From assembly GCA_951406725.2 (NCBI GenBank), contig OX597825.1:23994001-24058000 (forward strand): a stretch of 64,000 nucleotides of DNA, written 5' to 3'. The stretch is from Octopus vulgaris. Lineage: Eukaryota. The translations under genes and the position numbers were made by a program. A model generated the notes under the pieces. It did no database searches and was not told the DNA's origin. It saw only the letters and a list, made by a program, of their open reading frames with translations. Positions 1-13,674 of this stretch are shown here, one piece after another. Each line of letters begins with the position of its first letter. The stretch's first letter is position 1.

Positions 1-502
1 CCTTATTTTTTCCCTAAATTTCTTCCGATTCCTATGTTTGCGATACACGAGATTAGGATTTCACCTACAAAACGCGTTCTCAATATTTTAATTTTCTCCC
101 TCTCCACAGCAAATTATTTTTTACTCTTTTCAAATTTTTATTCTTGGTAATCCATGAAGAAAAAACAGAGAGTACGAATCTTTAAGAATGTTACCCATCG
201 CCTCACCACTTTCAAAAGGCTACTCCCATTGTTTCACTTTTAACGGTTTGGAAAGCGGGGAGGTTTCTTCAGAAATAATGACGTTTACCCATTGCTTCTA
301 GCATGTCGGGTTTTTTTGTGGTGATCTGGTATCTTTTAAGTCTACTATTTCAGTAAAATTCTACACATGCAGTTAACATCAAACTAAGGTGAAAGAGTAG
401 GATATTTTAGCTTTTTGAAAACTGGTAGGTGATGGCTGGATGAAGTGTGGGAAGAGGCATTGAGTGTTTCTTTAAGAAAAATTAAACTACCATATATATA
501 TG

Positions 503-567
<65 letters not shown>

Positions 568-901
568 CCCAGATTCGTAATCTCTGTATTTTTCAATGTA
601 GATAACAAAAACAAATGTTACAAGTTAAGAAATTGCGGTGTGGATAGGGGGAAATAAAAATTTTGAAAACGTGATTTCTGCACAAAATCGTATTCACTCC
701 TTTTTATACGATGAAACAATACATAATCTCTGATCCTTCATAAGAACAGAAAGCATTTGCTTGTAAACCCATGGAAATTGTACCCTCGTCCTTCACTATT
801 AAACAAACAATAACTTCTATTAATTCTTCCCATAAGGAGTAAATAATACAACGTACTTGTAGAGGCCTTAAGACCCGGGTAACGCCGGGATGCATTGCTA
901 G
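1..901 (+). mobile_element. 3' portion of a non-autonomous Helitron (5' end not located, possibly outside the window)
   Basis: GC hairpin CCCGG-GTAACG-CCGGG (874-889), then CTAG (898-901) followed by T: the canonical Helitron 3' terminus. Left extent uncertain. Confidence 0.55.
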
Positions 902-918
902 TTAGTGTGTGTGTCTAT

Positions 919-1333
919 TACTCTTTTACTCTTTTACTTGTTTCAGTCATTTGACTGTGGCCATGCTGGAGCACCTTTAGTCGAGCAAATCGACCCCAGG
1001 ACTTATTCTTTGTAAGCCAAGTACTTATTCTATCGGTTCTTTTGCCGAACCGCTAAATTACGGGGACGTAAACACACCAACATCGGTTGCCAAGCAATGT
1101 TGGGGGACAAACACAGACACAGAAACATACACACACACATACACACACATATATATATATATACACATATATACGACGGGCTTCTTTCAGTTTCCGTCTA
1201 CCAAATCTACTCACAAGGCTTTGGTCGGCCTGAGACCATAGTAGAAGACACTTGCCCAAGGTGCCACGCAGCGGGACAGAACACGGAACCATGGGGTTCG
1301 TAAGCAAGCTACTTACCACACAGCCACTCCTAC
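919..1333 (-). mobile_element. tRNA-derived SINE family A, full length
   Basis: Minus-strand head GGAGTGGCTGTGTGGTAAG with box-B-like region, GGCACCTTGGGCAAGTG block, internal (TA)n(TG)n and AGTAAAAG tail repeats; many near-identical copies in the window. Confidence 0.9.
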
Positions 1334-2009
1334 GTCTATGTATATATTTCTAAAATTTCTGTATGTGTGTGTATTTTTGTGTATGTATGTATGTATGTAT
1401 GTATGTCGCACGTATCTATCTGTTCACGGTTATGTGTGCGCGAGTAAGATGTTAGTAAGATATGAAGTATTGTTTGTAGAACTGGGTTGGAAAAAGATGG
1501 TATGATGAAGAATGATTGCAATAAATATGCTTGAAATGCAGAAGTCGTTACTTTGATGAATACTTTTCCTGTTCACGTTTCAATTGTAACCTCATGAAAA
1601 AGGAAGAGAGATTCTCATTGTCCAGAATATATGTCATATCGCAGAAGATATAAATCTCGTGTTGAAGCAAATAAACTCATATGTAGGACAGAGTTTATAT
1701 CTTGTCGTTTTTATGAACTAATGCCATATATTGAATATATTGTTTACAAATATTGCTTTAACGCTGACAGCACACGAGAGATGAATGGAAATATTTAAAG
1801 AGAAAGAATAAGATAAATCATTATTTTCAATGGGTGAAAGTATCACTGTAATTTCCAGTGGGGAAAATCGACATAATCGATGATCAATCAATACAGATAG
1901 ACACCGCTTTGAAATTCACACAATAAGGATGATTAAGAAGGTGAGAGAGACACATGCATATCTGCACACCAACAAACATACATGCATAAACAAACATATA
2001 TAATCACAT

Positions 2010-2403
2010 AGGAGTAGGAGTGGCTGTGTGGTAAGTAGCTTGCTTACCAGCCACATGGTTCCGGGTTCAGTCCCACTGCGAGGCACCTTGGGCAAGTGTC
2101 TTCTACTATAGCCTCGGGCCGACCAAAGCCTTGTGAGTGGATTTGGTAGACGGAAACTGAAAAAAGCCCGTCGTATATATGTATATGTGTGTGTGTGTTT
2201 GTGTCTTTGTGTTTGTCCCCGCCAACATCGCTTCACAGCCGATGCTGGTGTGTTTACGTCCCTGTTACGTAGCAGTTCGGCAAAAGAGACCGATAGATTA
2301 AGTACTAGGCTTACAAAGAATAAGTCCTGGGTTCGGTGTACTCGACAAAAGGCGGTGCTCCAGCATGGCCACAGTCAAATGACTGAAACAAGCAAAAGAG
2401 TAA
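2010..2403 (+). mobile_element. SINE family A, full length
   Basis: GGAGTGGCTGTGTGGTAAGTAGC...GGTTCAGTCCC...CAAATGACTGAAACAAG. Confidence 0.9.
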
Positions 2404-3084
2404 AGTGTATATATAATTGATGACATTATTCTTTGCTCATCTTGGATACTGGTTTTCACAATTTTGTGAATTAACGAACTAATCTTCAGGTGTGCACGCA
2501 CTTTTAAAAGCTTTCAATATATTTTTCATAACAAGATATTAAGAAAAGATTTATATCAATTCTTTCCAACATCTATTTTAGCAAATAATCACCACTCAAT
2601 TCTCGAACTTAAAAGATTTTACTGTAACAAGAAATATATTTTCGTGTCAATCAGCTAGACATTATGTTAGTATTACACTTTTAATGCTATAATTGGAAAA
2701 AAAAGCGACAGACTTTATTAAATACAGCTACCTAGGATTTTCCTGGTCGAAAAAATAATCATTTATTTCGCCATTTTTCAAGCTGAGAACAACACCATTT
2801 GTTAGTTATTTTATCTTTCAGTAATTTATCATATTATATATGAAATATAGATGTTGTGTGATTAGTAATTGTCTAGAAGCTAAATCCTCCTTCGACATGA
2901 AAATATGTATACAAAGTAGTTTTGCTCTAATATTTAATTCTGTTACTTTATCGATATCTTTGTTGAACCGCTATGTTACGAGGGTGTATACAAAGATTCA
3001 CACAAACACATACACGTACATACACACACACACACATACAAAGATTCGCACAAGCACATACACATACACACACATGTATATATA

Positions 3085-3240
3085 CACAGTGGGCTTCCAT
3101 ACAGTTTCTGTCTACTAGATTCATTCACAAGTCATCGAGGGTCCCAGGGCTATTGTAGAAAATACTTGCTCGAGGTGCCGCGCAGTGGGACTGAAACCAA
3201 AACCTCGTGGTTGCAAGGCAAACTTCTTTACCATACAACC
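3085..3240 (-). mobile_element. SINE family A, diverged 5' half
   Basis: GCAGTGGGACTGAAACC and GTTTCTGTCTAC match family A. Confidence 0.7.
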
Positions 3241-3259
3241 AACAGGTAACAGTGCTCAT

Positions 3260-3580
3260 CTGATAATTATTTCATCGATCCCCGGATGGATGAGGGGCAA
3301 AATCGATCTCGGAAGCATTTAAACACAGAACGCAAAATCAGCTAAAATACCTATTTCTTTACTACCCACAAGGGTCTAAACACTGAGGGGACAAACAAGG
3401 ACAGACAAACAGATTAAGTCGATTACATCGACCCCAGTGCGTAACTGGTACTTTATTTATCGAGCCCGAAAGGATGAAAGGCAAAGTCGACCTCGGCGGA
3501 ATTTGAACTCAGAACGTAACGGCAGACGAAATACGGCTACGCATTTCGCCCGGCGCGCTAACGTTTCTGCTAGCTCGCCT
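3260..3580 (-). mobile_element. SINE family B: young long form joined to an older diverged body
   Basis: Minus-strand head AAGGCGAGCTAGCAGAAACGTTAGC, box-B-like GAGTTCAAATTCC, GGTCGACTTTGCCTTTCATCCTTTCGGG core, tail GTGGGTAGTAAAGAAATAGG, then a diverged TATTT... body. Confidence 0.85.
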
Positions 3581-3682
3581 TATATGTATGTTTGTATTAT
3601 GTATGCATGCATGTATGTACGCATGTATGTATGTATGTATGTATGTATGTATGTATGTATGTATGTATTTATGTATGCGTGC

Positions 3683-4010
3683 ATGAACTCAAAAGTCATC
3701 TTCGTTGTCATAAAGCGAGACAGGTGAGTGACAAACTGGCCACTGGTGGTGGTGTAACACACCATACTAATCATGTCTGTCGGGCATGTGAAAGAGAGTG
3801 TAATTCGGCAGGAGGACTTAAACGACATGTAAAGGTACATGAAGCCCAGTTACAACTACAGCCGGCTATTGCAGGTAAAGGTTTTAGTTGCCAATTTTGT
3901 ACAAGACATTGTAGGTCTTTAGCTGGACTAAAAAGTCATATTCGATCACAGCACCAGTAACAGTTAAGCTTCGTGCAATGGCCATACTCGATAACGAGGG
4001 GGCAGCCATA
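3683..4010 (+). mobile_element. 3' end of an RTE-like LINE encoding C-terminal C2H2 zinc fingers, with (ATGT)n tail
   Basis: Translation HELKSHLRCH...CRACERECNSAGGLKRHVKVH...CQFCTRHCRSLAGLKSHIRSQH, stop at 3958-3960, short 3' UTR, then (ATGT)n. CxxCxRxCxSxxGLxSHxR is typical of RTE ORF C-termini; no TGEKP linkers. Confidence 0.65.
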
Positions 4011-4070
4011 ATGTATGTATGTATGTATGTATGTATGTATGTATGTATGTATGTATGTATGTATGTATGT

Positions 4071-4321
4071 ATACTAATCATATACTAATCATACTAATCG
4101 TATCTGTCGGGCATGTGGAAGAGAGTGTAATTCGGCAGGAGGACTTAAACGACATGCAAAGGTACATGAACCCCAGTTAAAACTACAGCCGGCTATTACC
4201 AGTAAAGGTCTTAGTTGCCAATTTTGTACAAGACATTGTAGATCTTTGGCTGGGCTAAAAAGTCACATCCGATCACAGCCCCAGTAACAGTTAAGCTTCG
4301 TGCAATGGCCATATTCGATAA
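4071..4321 (+). mobile_element. Second, more truncated copy of the zinc-finger RTE-like 3' end
   Basis: Direct repeat of about 3764-3993 with substitutions and an open frame (CRACGRECNSAGGLKRHAKVH...CQFCTRHCRSLAGLKSHIRS); flanked by (ATGT)n. Confidence 0.65.
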
Positions 4322-5440
4322 ATGTATGTATTTATGTATGTATGTATGTATGTATGTATGTATGTATGTATGTTTGTGTATGTATGTATGTATGTATGTA
4401 TGTATGTTTGTGTATGTATGTATGTATGTATGTATGTATGTATGTATGTTTTGTCTTATGTATGTATTCTCATGCATATAGTTGCATGTCTAAAGATGCT
4501 CATATATACTTAAATGATAACCTTCTGGAAATCTGGAAAGCTTTACAGATTTTTACAGTTCCAGTGATTGCCTGGATCTGTAGTCTTCGAATCAACTTTC
4601 TCTCTTCTGGTTTTGAGAAGACAAATTAGTGTTAGTATGTATGTATGCATGTATGCATGCAAATATATAATGCAGTGAAAGGTATCAGTAGAAATTGTGA
4701 ATTAATACAAGTAGCTGTTTGTTTCATAATTCAATACTCATGACTGTGGCTCCCAGAAAACTGGCCTCCGTGAAATATCTTCAATTTTAATTTGTATCCA
4801 TTTACCACAATTTATTCCTGTTTTCCGATTCCTGACTTTGTGGCTTCCTCATCTGTTGTTCCAATTAGTGTGTTTGACAAGATGAAACAAACGTGTAAAA
4901 AGAAAAAAATTATTTTGGTGAAAAGCGAAACGTTTCGAAATCAGAAATTTTACAGATGATGCGAAATAATTAACGTTAAATATAAATTTATAGTTCAAAC
5001 GCCCATAGTAGTTCTAACACAACCAAACCTACTGCATTAAGGAATGCTTTTAGAAGACTTATTCAACCAGCAATGTTAATTTGCGGATGCAGTTCAAAAA
5101 CCTCAGTAACACGCACACACACTTGCATAAATTTCAGAAAATATAAAACTCTGAAGAGTTGCCATATCATCAGCATTAAGCCTAAGATGTATTTACCTAT
5201 CGTTTCGCAAATTTCAACCACAACGCAATATTCTACAGTTACATTACAAATCTGTAAGCCAAGCAGAATGCTAAAGATTTCGTAGCATGAATAATGAAAT
5301 TAACTTACAATGTCCGAATATGCTTGATGCACGTTCGAACTGGGGAACAAGCTACTCACTGCGTTTTGTCACGGAGAATATATCTCGCTTGTTGATAAAT
5401 GGTGTGTAACACAACTTGATCAGCTCGCAGCGCCACCTAC

Positions 5441-5590
5441 CTAGACTGTAAGAAGTTAAGCCTAACCCTAGCTCTAACCCTAGACTGTAATATGTTAACC
5501 CTAACCCTAACCCTAACCCTAGACTGTAAGATGTTAACTCTAACCCTAACCCTAACCCTAGACTGTAAAATGTTAACCTTAACCCTAAAC
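5441..5590. repeat. About 39-bp minisatellite containing telomeric (TAACCC)n units, 4 copies
   Basis: Unit CTAGACTGTAAGATGT(TAACCC)n repeated at about 5441, 5480, 5519 and 5558. Confidence 0.85.
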
Positions 5591-5909
5591 CCCTCCGTAA
5601 TGAAATTAACGCCCGAATTGCCGATTAAAACAAGTTCTTACTACTAAACATGAACTGAAATTTCCTTCTGATATGGAGAAACAAAAGGACGATCTAGTTT
5701 GAAACTCTCAGAGTGAAGAAGAGATAAATTGAAGCAATTAACGGTATAACCGCAGCTTCGAAGCTGAAACAATTTAAGAATTTAAAGATTTCAGAAAAAA
5801 ATTAATTTGTCACGCTTAGGGTAAGACGTTCATATTTGTTGGTAGGCATGGTGATAATGTCAAAGATATTTTCGTCGTATAAGAACTCCCCAGTTAAGCA
5901 TAATATATA

Positions 5910-6150
5910 TTCACAGTGAATATATTAGATTGGCGCTCAAGGAAAGTTTAATATGGAACAAATGTGTGTTCGACGTTTCAAACATGGCTGTTCGTCAGAA
6001 AGAGGAAAAAGTCAAGAGAGAAGGTAAAGAATAGTCCGAGAGAAGCTAAAGAATATTCCGAAAGAAGGTAAAGAATAGTCCGAGAGAAGCATAATAATTG
6101 GAAAGTTTACTAATAGAAAATGTGCTAGAAATTTGGTCGCTAGTATTTGC
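5910..6150 (-). mobile_element. Short hammerhead-containing element related to family E, with internal 22-bp tandem repeat
   Basis: Minus strand CTGACGA...GAAAC-GTC at about 5968-6003; plus-strand TATTAGATTGGCGCTCAAGGAA resembles TATTAGTATAGCGCTCAGGAA of family E; GAGAGAAGGTAAAGAATAGTCC-like unit about x3. Confidence 0.5.
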
Positions 6151-6612
6151 ATAATTGCAAGGGGTGACGTAAAAGAAATGATTCAATTTTAGTGGTTTTA
6201 TACTCTGAATGTTAAACACAATGTTACCCTAATCATTAAACAGAACATTTATTTCCCCAATCCCTCTTTTTGTGATTATACAAATTCTTTCGGCAAAAAT
6301 CCTTCGTAACACTTTTTCTTCATGTAAAAGCAGCGAATTGGAATTGTTACAGTATATATTCGCCATATTTGTTCTTACTTGAAAAAATTTAGAAATTATT
6401 TAGTTGTTTGCGTTTTCTCTTTATAGATTTACTCTATAGCTGGTGATTATTAATATTAGTAGTATTACATCGGCCTAGGTCGACTTTGCCTTTTATCGTT
6501 TCGGTGCCAATGAAAATAAGTACCAGTTACGTACTGGGTTTCGATGTTATTAACTTGTCACCTGCCCTAAAATTTTTGCTTACAACAGAAATGATTATAT
6601 TTAGTATTACCT

Positions 6613-6714
6613 ATCATCATGATCATCATCACCATCACCATCATCATCATCACCATCATGATCATGATGATGATGATCATCATCATCATCATCACCATCA
6701 TCATCATCTTCGTG

Positions 6715-6778
<64 letters not shown>

Positions 6779-6786
6779 CCACCACC

Positions 6787-6820
<34 letters not shown>

Positions 6821-6828
6821 TCAACACC

Positions 6829-6874
<46 letters not shown>

Positions 6875-6884
6875 CCACACCACC

Positions 6885-6918
<34 letters not shown>

Positions 6919-7075
6919 TCACCACCAACAACCCCACCACCACCACCACCACCATCATCATCATTATCATCATCATCATCATCACCACCACCACCACCAC
7001 CACCACCACCACCACCACCACCACCATCATCATCATCACCATCACCCTCATCATCATCATCATCATCATCATCAT
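6613..7075. repeat. Compound (CAT)n/(CAC)n microsatellite
   Basis: Directly visible; source of the poly-H/I/T/P ORFs. Confidence 0.95.
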
Positions 7076-7509
7076 TTGCGCGTTGGAAAAATGCTCCAAG
7101 GTATTATTTTTATCTGCCTTTACGTTCTTAGTTCAAATTCCGCCGTGAAGGACTTTACCTCCCATTCTTTTAGAGCTGATAAAGTAAGTACCAGTTAAGT
7201 ACTGGGGGTCAATGTGATCAACTTACCTTTCCCACCAAATTTCAGGTTTTATGCCTATAGTAGAAAAGATTATTGTCGTCGTCGTCGTCGTTGTTGTTGT
7301 TGTTGCTGCTGTGGTGGTGTTTTGTAGTTAATGAAAATTATAATTACTAGAAACGAAACAAAATGCTGGAAACAATTTTTATGGAAGTTAATATAATTAT
7401 TATTATTATTATTGTTAATGTCATCATCACCGTCGTCATCATCATTATAATCATTATTAGTAATACAATCAATTAAAATGTTAGAAGCAAAAATGTCAGA
7501 GGCAGTTAT

Positions 7510-7826
7510 TTATGATCATGATCATCATAATCATCAGCATCATCACCGTTAGCACAATCATCATCATCATCATCATCATCATCCTCCTCCTTGACATCAT
7601 CACCATCACCACCACCATCCTCATCATCACCGCCACCACCATCATCATCACTACCACCACCACCACCACCATCTTCACCACCACCACCATCATCATCACC
7701 ACCACCACCACCATCCTCCTTCTCCTTCTCCTCATCATCACCACAACCACTACTACCACCACCATCCTCATCATCATCACCACCACCACCATCATCATCA
7801 CCACCACCACCACCATCATCATCATC

Positions 7827-7912
<86 letters not shown>
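7510..7912. repeat. Compound (CAT)n/(CAC)n microsatellite
   Basis: Directly visible; source of the poly-D/G/M/V ORFs. Confidence 0.95.
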
Positions 7913-8575
7913 TACCCTCCTCTAGGTGGATCAAGAAATGAAAAATAAAATTACCTCAAGACATACCATTAATTCTCAAGAAATTTTTCCATTTTCACGA
8001 GTATTTTCGCTTATCTTTTCTCTGGAATTCAAACCTTTATATAGCCTATAAATATATATATACATATATATATATATAACCGATCGGGCCTTCAACTGAT
8101 TGTAAACGAGAATATTCTTATATCAATTGGAATATATATTGCATTGTTAAGATCTGCAAAGCAAGAAGCTTCTCCTACCCATTGACAATCATTCCTGCTT
8201 ATCACCTATATAGTGATTTTATTTAGCTTCAGAATGGAAGATGTAAAAATATGAAAGAAGAATGCCGATAAGGTTTTTTTGGAATAGGTGTCGAGGAAAA
8301 AGCTTTAAGATGTCCGCTCCTATTACGAAAATACGACGTTGAGAGAAAGGGAGAAAAACAAAGAGGATAATAGATACTTCTGTTAATACAAACGTGTGTG
8401 CGTATGTATGCATATATGTATATATAATTATGTATATGCATATATAAATATATAAGTATTTCTATCTCTCTCCCTTTATATGTATATATATATGTATATA
8501 TAAATAATATATTAATATATAATATATAAGAATATATATATGTTTATATATGGTAAATATATATATGTATATTGA

Positions 8576-8607
<32 letters not shown>

Positions 8608-8866
8608 ATATATACACACACACACATATATAAATATATATATATATACATAAATGTATGTGTATATATATATATGCATATACATTTATATATACATATA
8701 TATATATTTATATATATGTATTTATACATATATATATAAATTTATAGATATATATATATCTATTTATATATATAGATATATATTTGTATATATATATATA
8801 TATATATGTACAGATATATATATATATATGTTTCTCTCTATATAAAGACACACACACACACAGACA

Positions 8867-9021
8867 TATGTTATTAACCTTGCAAGGGAGAAATAGTTCT
8901 CCTCCCTCGCTCACTTTCTCTTTCTCTCTGCATATATATTTATACATACATATATGCAGAGAGAAAGAGAAAGTGAGCGAGGGAGGGAGAACTATTTCTC
9001 CCTTGCAAGGTTAATAACATA
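8867..9021. repeat. Near-perfect inverted repeat, arms about 70 bp
   Basis: TATGTTATTAACCTTGCAAGGGAGAAATAGTTCTC...TCTCTGCATATA and its reverse complement, around a short AT-rich spacer; one 1-nt indel. Confidence 0.95.
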
Positions 9022-9332
9022 CACCGAATCTAATGCACGTCTTTGTAAGGAAATACATCATACGCCATAATTTATTAGAATTACAATTGTTTTCGCTAGT
9101 AATTCAGTGATTCGATGTCCCATGGAGAGGGCAAGAACACATTTATTGCAACATAAAATTCTACAAATACAGGACTCAGAAATATGAGTTTATAAGACTA
9201 TTCTATGGAAAAGAGATTTCCTTTAATTCATTTAGACAAACATTTCTAAACATATCATTTCGAATTTATCTTTATTTCAAGAATGAAGTTTGCAAGGGAA
9301 ATGCTAACTTCGTTTTAATAACGCACGTTTTG

Positions 9333-10085
9333 AAGGCGGAGAACAATCGGAAACGTTAACACACCGGGGAAAATGCTTGGCGGTATGTCTGAGTTCAAAT
9401 CCGGCTGAGGTCGATATGTCTCTCATCCTTTCGGGGTGGATAAAATAAGCACCAACTGGACACTGAGGTCCATGTAACCGACTTAGTAATTGCTAAAATT
9501 TGGAACAAATAATACACATTTTCAAGACGGTGAGCTGGCATAAATATTAGCACGCCGGGCGAAATGCTTAGCGGTATTTCGTCTGCCGTTACGTTCTGAG
9601 TTCAAATTCCGCCGAGGTCGATTAAATAAGTAGCAAGTACTCACTGTGTTCGATGTGATCGACTTAATCCGTTTGTCTTTCCTTGTTTGTTCTCTCTGTG
9701 TTTAGCCCCTTGTGGGTAGTAAAGAAATAGGTATGTCTGAGTTCAATTCCCGCTGAGGTCGAATTGCCTTTCATCCTTTCGGAGTTGATAAAATAAGCAC
9801 CAACGGGACACGGAGGTCCATGTAACAGACTTAGTAATTGCCAAAATTTGAAACAAATAATACACATTCTTAAGGCGGGGATCTGGCAGAATCTTTAGCA
9901 CTCTGAGCAAAATGCTTGGCGGCATGTCGTCCGTCTTTATGTTCTGAGTTCAAATTCCGCTGAAGTCGTTTTCCTTTAAATCCTTTCGGGGTTTGATAAA
10001 ATAACTACCAGTCATGCATTGGTGTTGATGTAATCGACTTACCCCCACCCTGAAAATGCTGGCCTTGTGTTAAACTTTGAAACCA
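9333..10085 (+). mobile_element. Tandem cluster of SINE family B copies (old duplicated copies plus a young insert)
   Basis: Heads at about 9333, 9524 and 9872; 9382-9520 and 9730-9868 are direct duplicates sharing the GGTATGTCTGAG deletion. Confidence 0.8.
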
Positions 10086-10683
10086 AGAATATGAAGTAGT
10101 GTATGCACGCACGTGTGTGTGTGTGTGCTTGCGTGTGTGTGTACTTGCGTGTGTGTGCGCGCTCACACACACACATACACACACAGAGTATTACATACAC
10201 ATAATGTAAGGCACATGCACATATCGACGAAATGACAGAATCGTTGGAGTCGCGGGGAAGAATTATCTAACGGTAATTTTTGCGGCCTTCTACGTTCTGA
10301 GTTCAAATCTCGCCGAAGATTCTTCCAGAACCAATAAAATCAAGTACAAATTAAGCACAAAATCCGATGACATCGACAAACCACCTTCCTTCAAGATTTG
10401 CTGGCCTTGCTCCCAAATTAGATATACTTTTCAATTATCGTTACGCCCTGTACTGACCTTCTGGGTCAAATAAGTGTCCGTAGCAAAGGAGGTCGAATAA
10501 CTCATGTCTCTACGCCATCGGAGCGGACTAATAATGTTAAGTATAAGCTTGCTGAGTTTTCACAACAGGCTGTGACTACCGATATAGCAAATTAATTGTG
10601 CGGTCCTTCAATTAGGGTTATCTATTTCTGTCTCTCAATCTCTCCCTTTCTCACATATATATCCCTCTGTCTGTATGTCTGTT

Positions 10684-10741
<58 letters not shown>

Positions 10742-11079
10742 TCTGTTTACCTATCTGTCTATCTGTTTGTCTGTCTATGTGCATGCCTATGTGTACTTAT
10801 GTACGTGAGTGTTCATGTGTGACTGTGAGCGTACGCGTATGTATATATATATATATATATATATATGATCGTGTATGTCTATAGATCTATATCAGGAGGG
10901 AGAGAGAGATAGGGAGAAGAGAGAGAGAGAAAGACATACAGACCGAGGGTTTCCTAGCGAAATAGAGCGATATAGATATAGATAGACACGCATACACACA
11001 CACTCACACACATATATACACACACGTACGCACACAACCACGCATACATTTTCACGCACATAAACACACACTTACACAG

Positions 11080-11876
<797 letters not shown>

Positions 11877-12324
11877 TGGGAGGAAAAAAAACCAATTTGT
11901 GAGTCAACTTGTAATTGTTTTCTATTCCATTCTCTGTTTCTAAAGTAATTATTGACCTTGTCAGACCTCTCCTGTCCTTAGAAATAGAATATATTTATGA
12001 ATGCATTGAGCGTTATTTAGAGATCTGGAGATGATAATGATAACGCTTTTGTTTGGAAAAAAATATTGGGGAATTGAGAACAAAAGATTTTTCCAGCAGT
12101 AGTGCTGTATAACTAGACGGTATTACGCGCCAAGATTCATTTGAACTAATATGTTTTTGAGGCGAAAACCCAGTCATTGTATATATTTTGGAACAATTAA
12201 AGTTGCATCGTGTTCTTATTCTATCGGATGTCTAATAGCCGCATACACATACATAAACACATGTACACACACACACACACACACACAAACACACACATGC
12301 AAAGTCACACACGCTCGTACACAC

Positions 12325-12355
<31 letters not shown>

Positions 12356-12429
12356 TGTATGTATGTTTGTATAAATATGTATAAATATTGCCGACATGTT
12401 CAACGAGGCTATCTATATTCGGTTACTTT

Positions 12430-12660
12430 AAGGCGGCGAGCTGGCAGAAACGTTAGCACGCCGGATGAAATGCTTAGCAGTATTTCGTCTGCCGTTACGT
12501 TCTGAGTTCAAATTCCGCCGAGGTCGACTTTGCCTTTCATCCTTTCGGGGTCGATTAAATAAGTACCAGTTACGCACTGATGTCAATAAAATCGACTTAA
12601 TCCGTTTGTCTGTCCTTGTTTGTCCTCTCTGTGTTTAGCCCCTTGTGGGTAGTAAAGATA
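12430..12660 (+). mobile_element. SINE family B long form with 16-bp target-site duplication
   Basis: Full head to GTGGGTAGTAAAG tail; TSD TATATTCGGTTACTTT at 12414-12429 and 12663-12678. Confidence 0.92.
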
Positions 12661-13291
12661 TATATATTCGGTTACTTTGAATAAAGAATTCACAGATTAG
12701 TGTGAAAGAAAATGTATTTTGCCAGACTGACGATTATGGATTAAACGTTTATCTTTCTCTCCCTCCCTCTCGCGTACTCGCTCTACTGGTATATTTATGT
12801 GAGTGTGTGTGTGTATGTGTCTGTCTGTATGTGTGTGTGTATGTGTATGTATAGCTACCTTCAAAAAGTATCAAGAAGTTTCCCGCCAAAACGAATGCCA
12901 CGTAGGAAAAATACATTTCGTTCTGGTAAGCCACGACAGTTCTTGATGTTACACCTAGAGTACAGATGATTTGTGCGAAGCCCGTCGGATTATCATTTTC
13001 ACGGAAAATGACCGAACGCCTCGAATAGAAATATTGCATCATGTTTTAGCAAAAGCTTGGTGATACTGAAGCTCAAACCACCTTCTTAAGAAAAAGGAGA
13101 GAAGAAAGTTCCAAGAAAAGCACATGTGTGGTTACACAGCTGAAGTGAACTTTATGGCAATCCAACTTTATTTTCCCATATAAACTTTGCATAATTTTGA
13201 GCAAACCTATCTTCTGCAACGGTATATGTTATTAAACATAGATCGCAGATCACCTTCAATGCTAGGTCACTAACATACCATTCTACGTCAA

Positions 13292-13674
13292 AGGCGGTGA
13301 GCTGGCAGAAACGTTAGCACGCCGGGCGAAATGCGTAGCCGTATTTCGTCTGCCGTTACTTTCTGAGTTCAAATTCAGCCGAGGTCGACTTTGCCTTTCA
13401 TCCTTTCGGGGTCGATTAAATAAGTACCAGTTACGCACTGGGGTTGATGTAATCGACTTAATCCGTTTGTCTGTCCTTGTTTATCCTCTCTGTGTTTAGC
13501 CCCTTGTGGTATTTCGTCTGTCTTTACATTCTGAGTTCAAATTCTGCCGAGGTCGACTTTGCCTTTCATCCTTTCGGGGTCGATAAATTAAGTACCAGTT
13601 GCGTACTGGGGTCGATTTAATCGACTGGCCCCCTCCCCCCCAAATTTCGGGCCTTGTGCCAAGAGTAGAAAATA
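13292..13674 (+). mobile_element. Composite SINE B (long form plus short-form body) inside one 17-bp TSD
   Basis: TSD ATACCATTCTACGTCAA at 13275-13291 and 13675-13691; internal junction CCCTTGTGG|TATTTCGTC at about 13509. Confidence 0.9.

Noticed and set aside
3592-3960. Host C2H2 zinc-finger gene
   Set aside because: The start lies in (ATGT)n, there are no TGEKP linkers, and the two 5'-truncated copies with repeat tails fit a LINE 3' end better.
5441-5590. CRISPR-like array or true telomere
   Set aside because: Spacers are not unique, the context is eukaryotic, and the array is short, internal and degenerate.
7506-7934. Asp/Gly-rich 142-aa ORF resembling an acidic biomineral protein
   Set aside because: It is a (CAT/CAC)n tract open in several frames on both strands.
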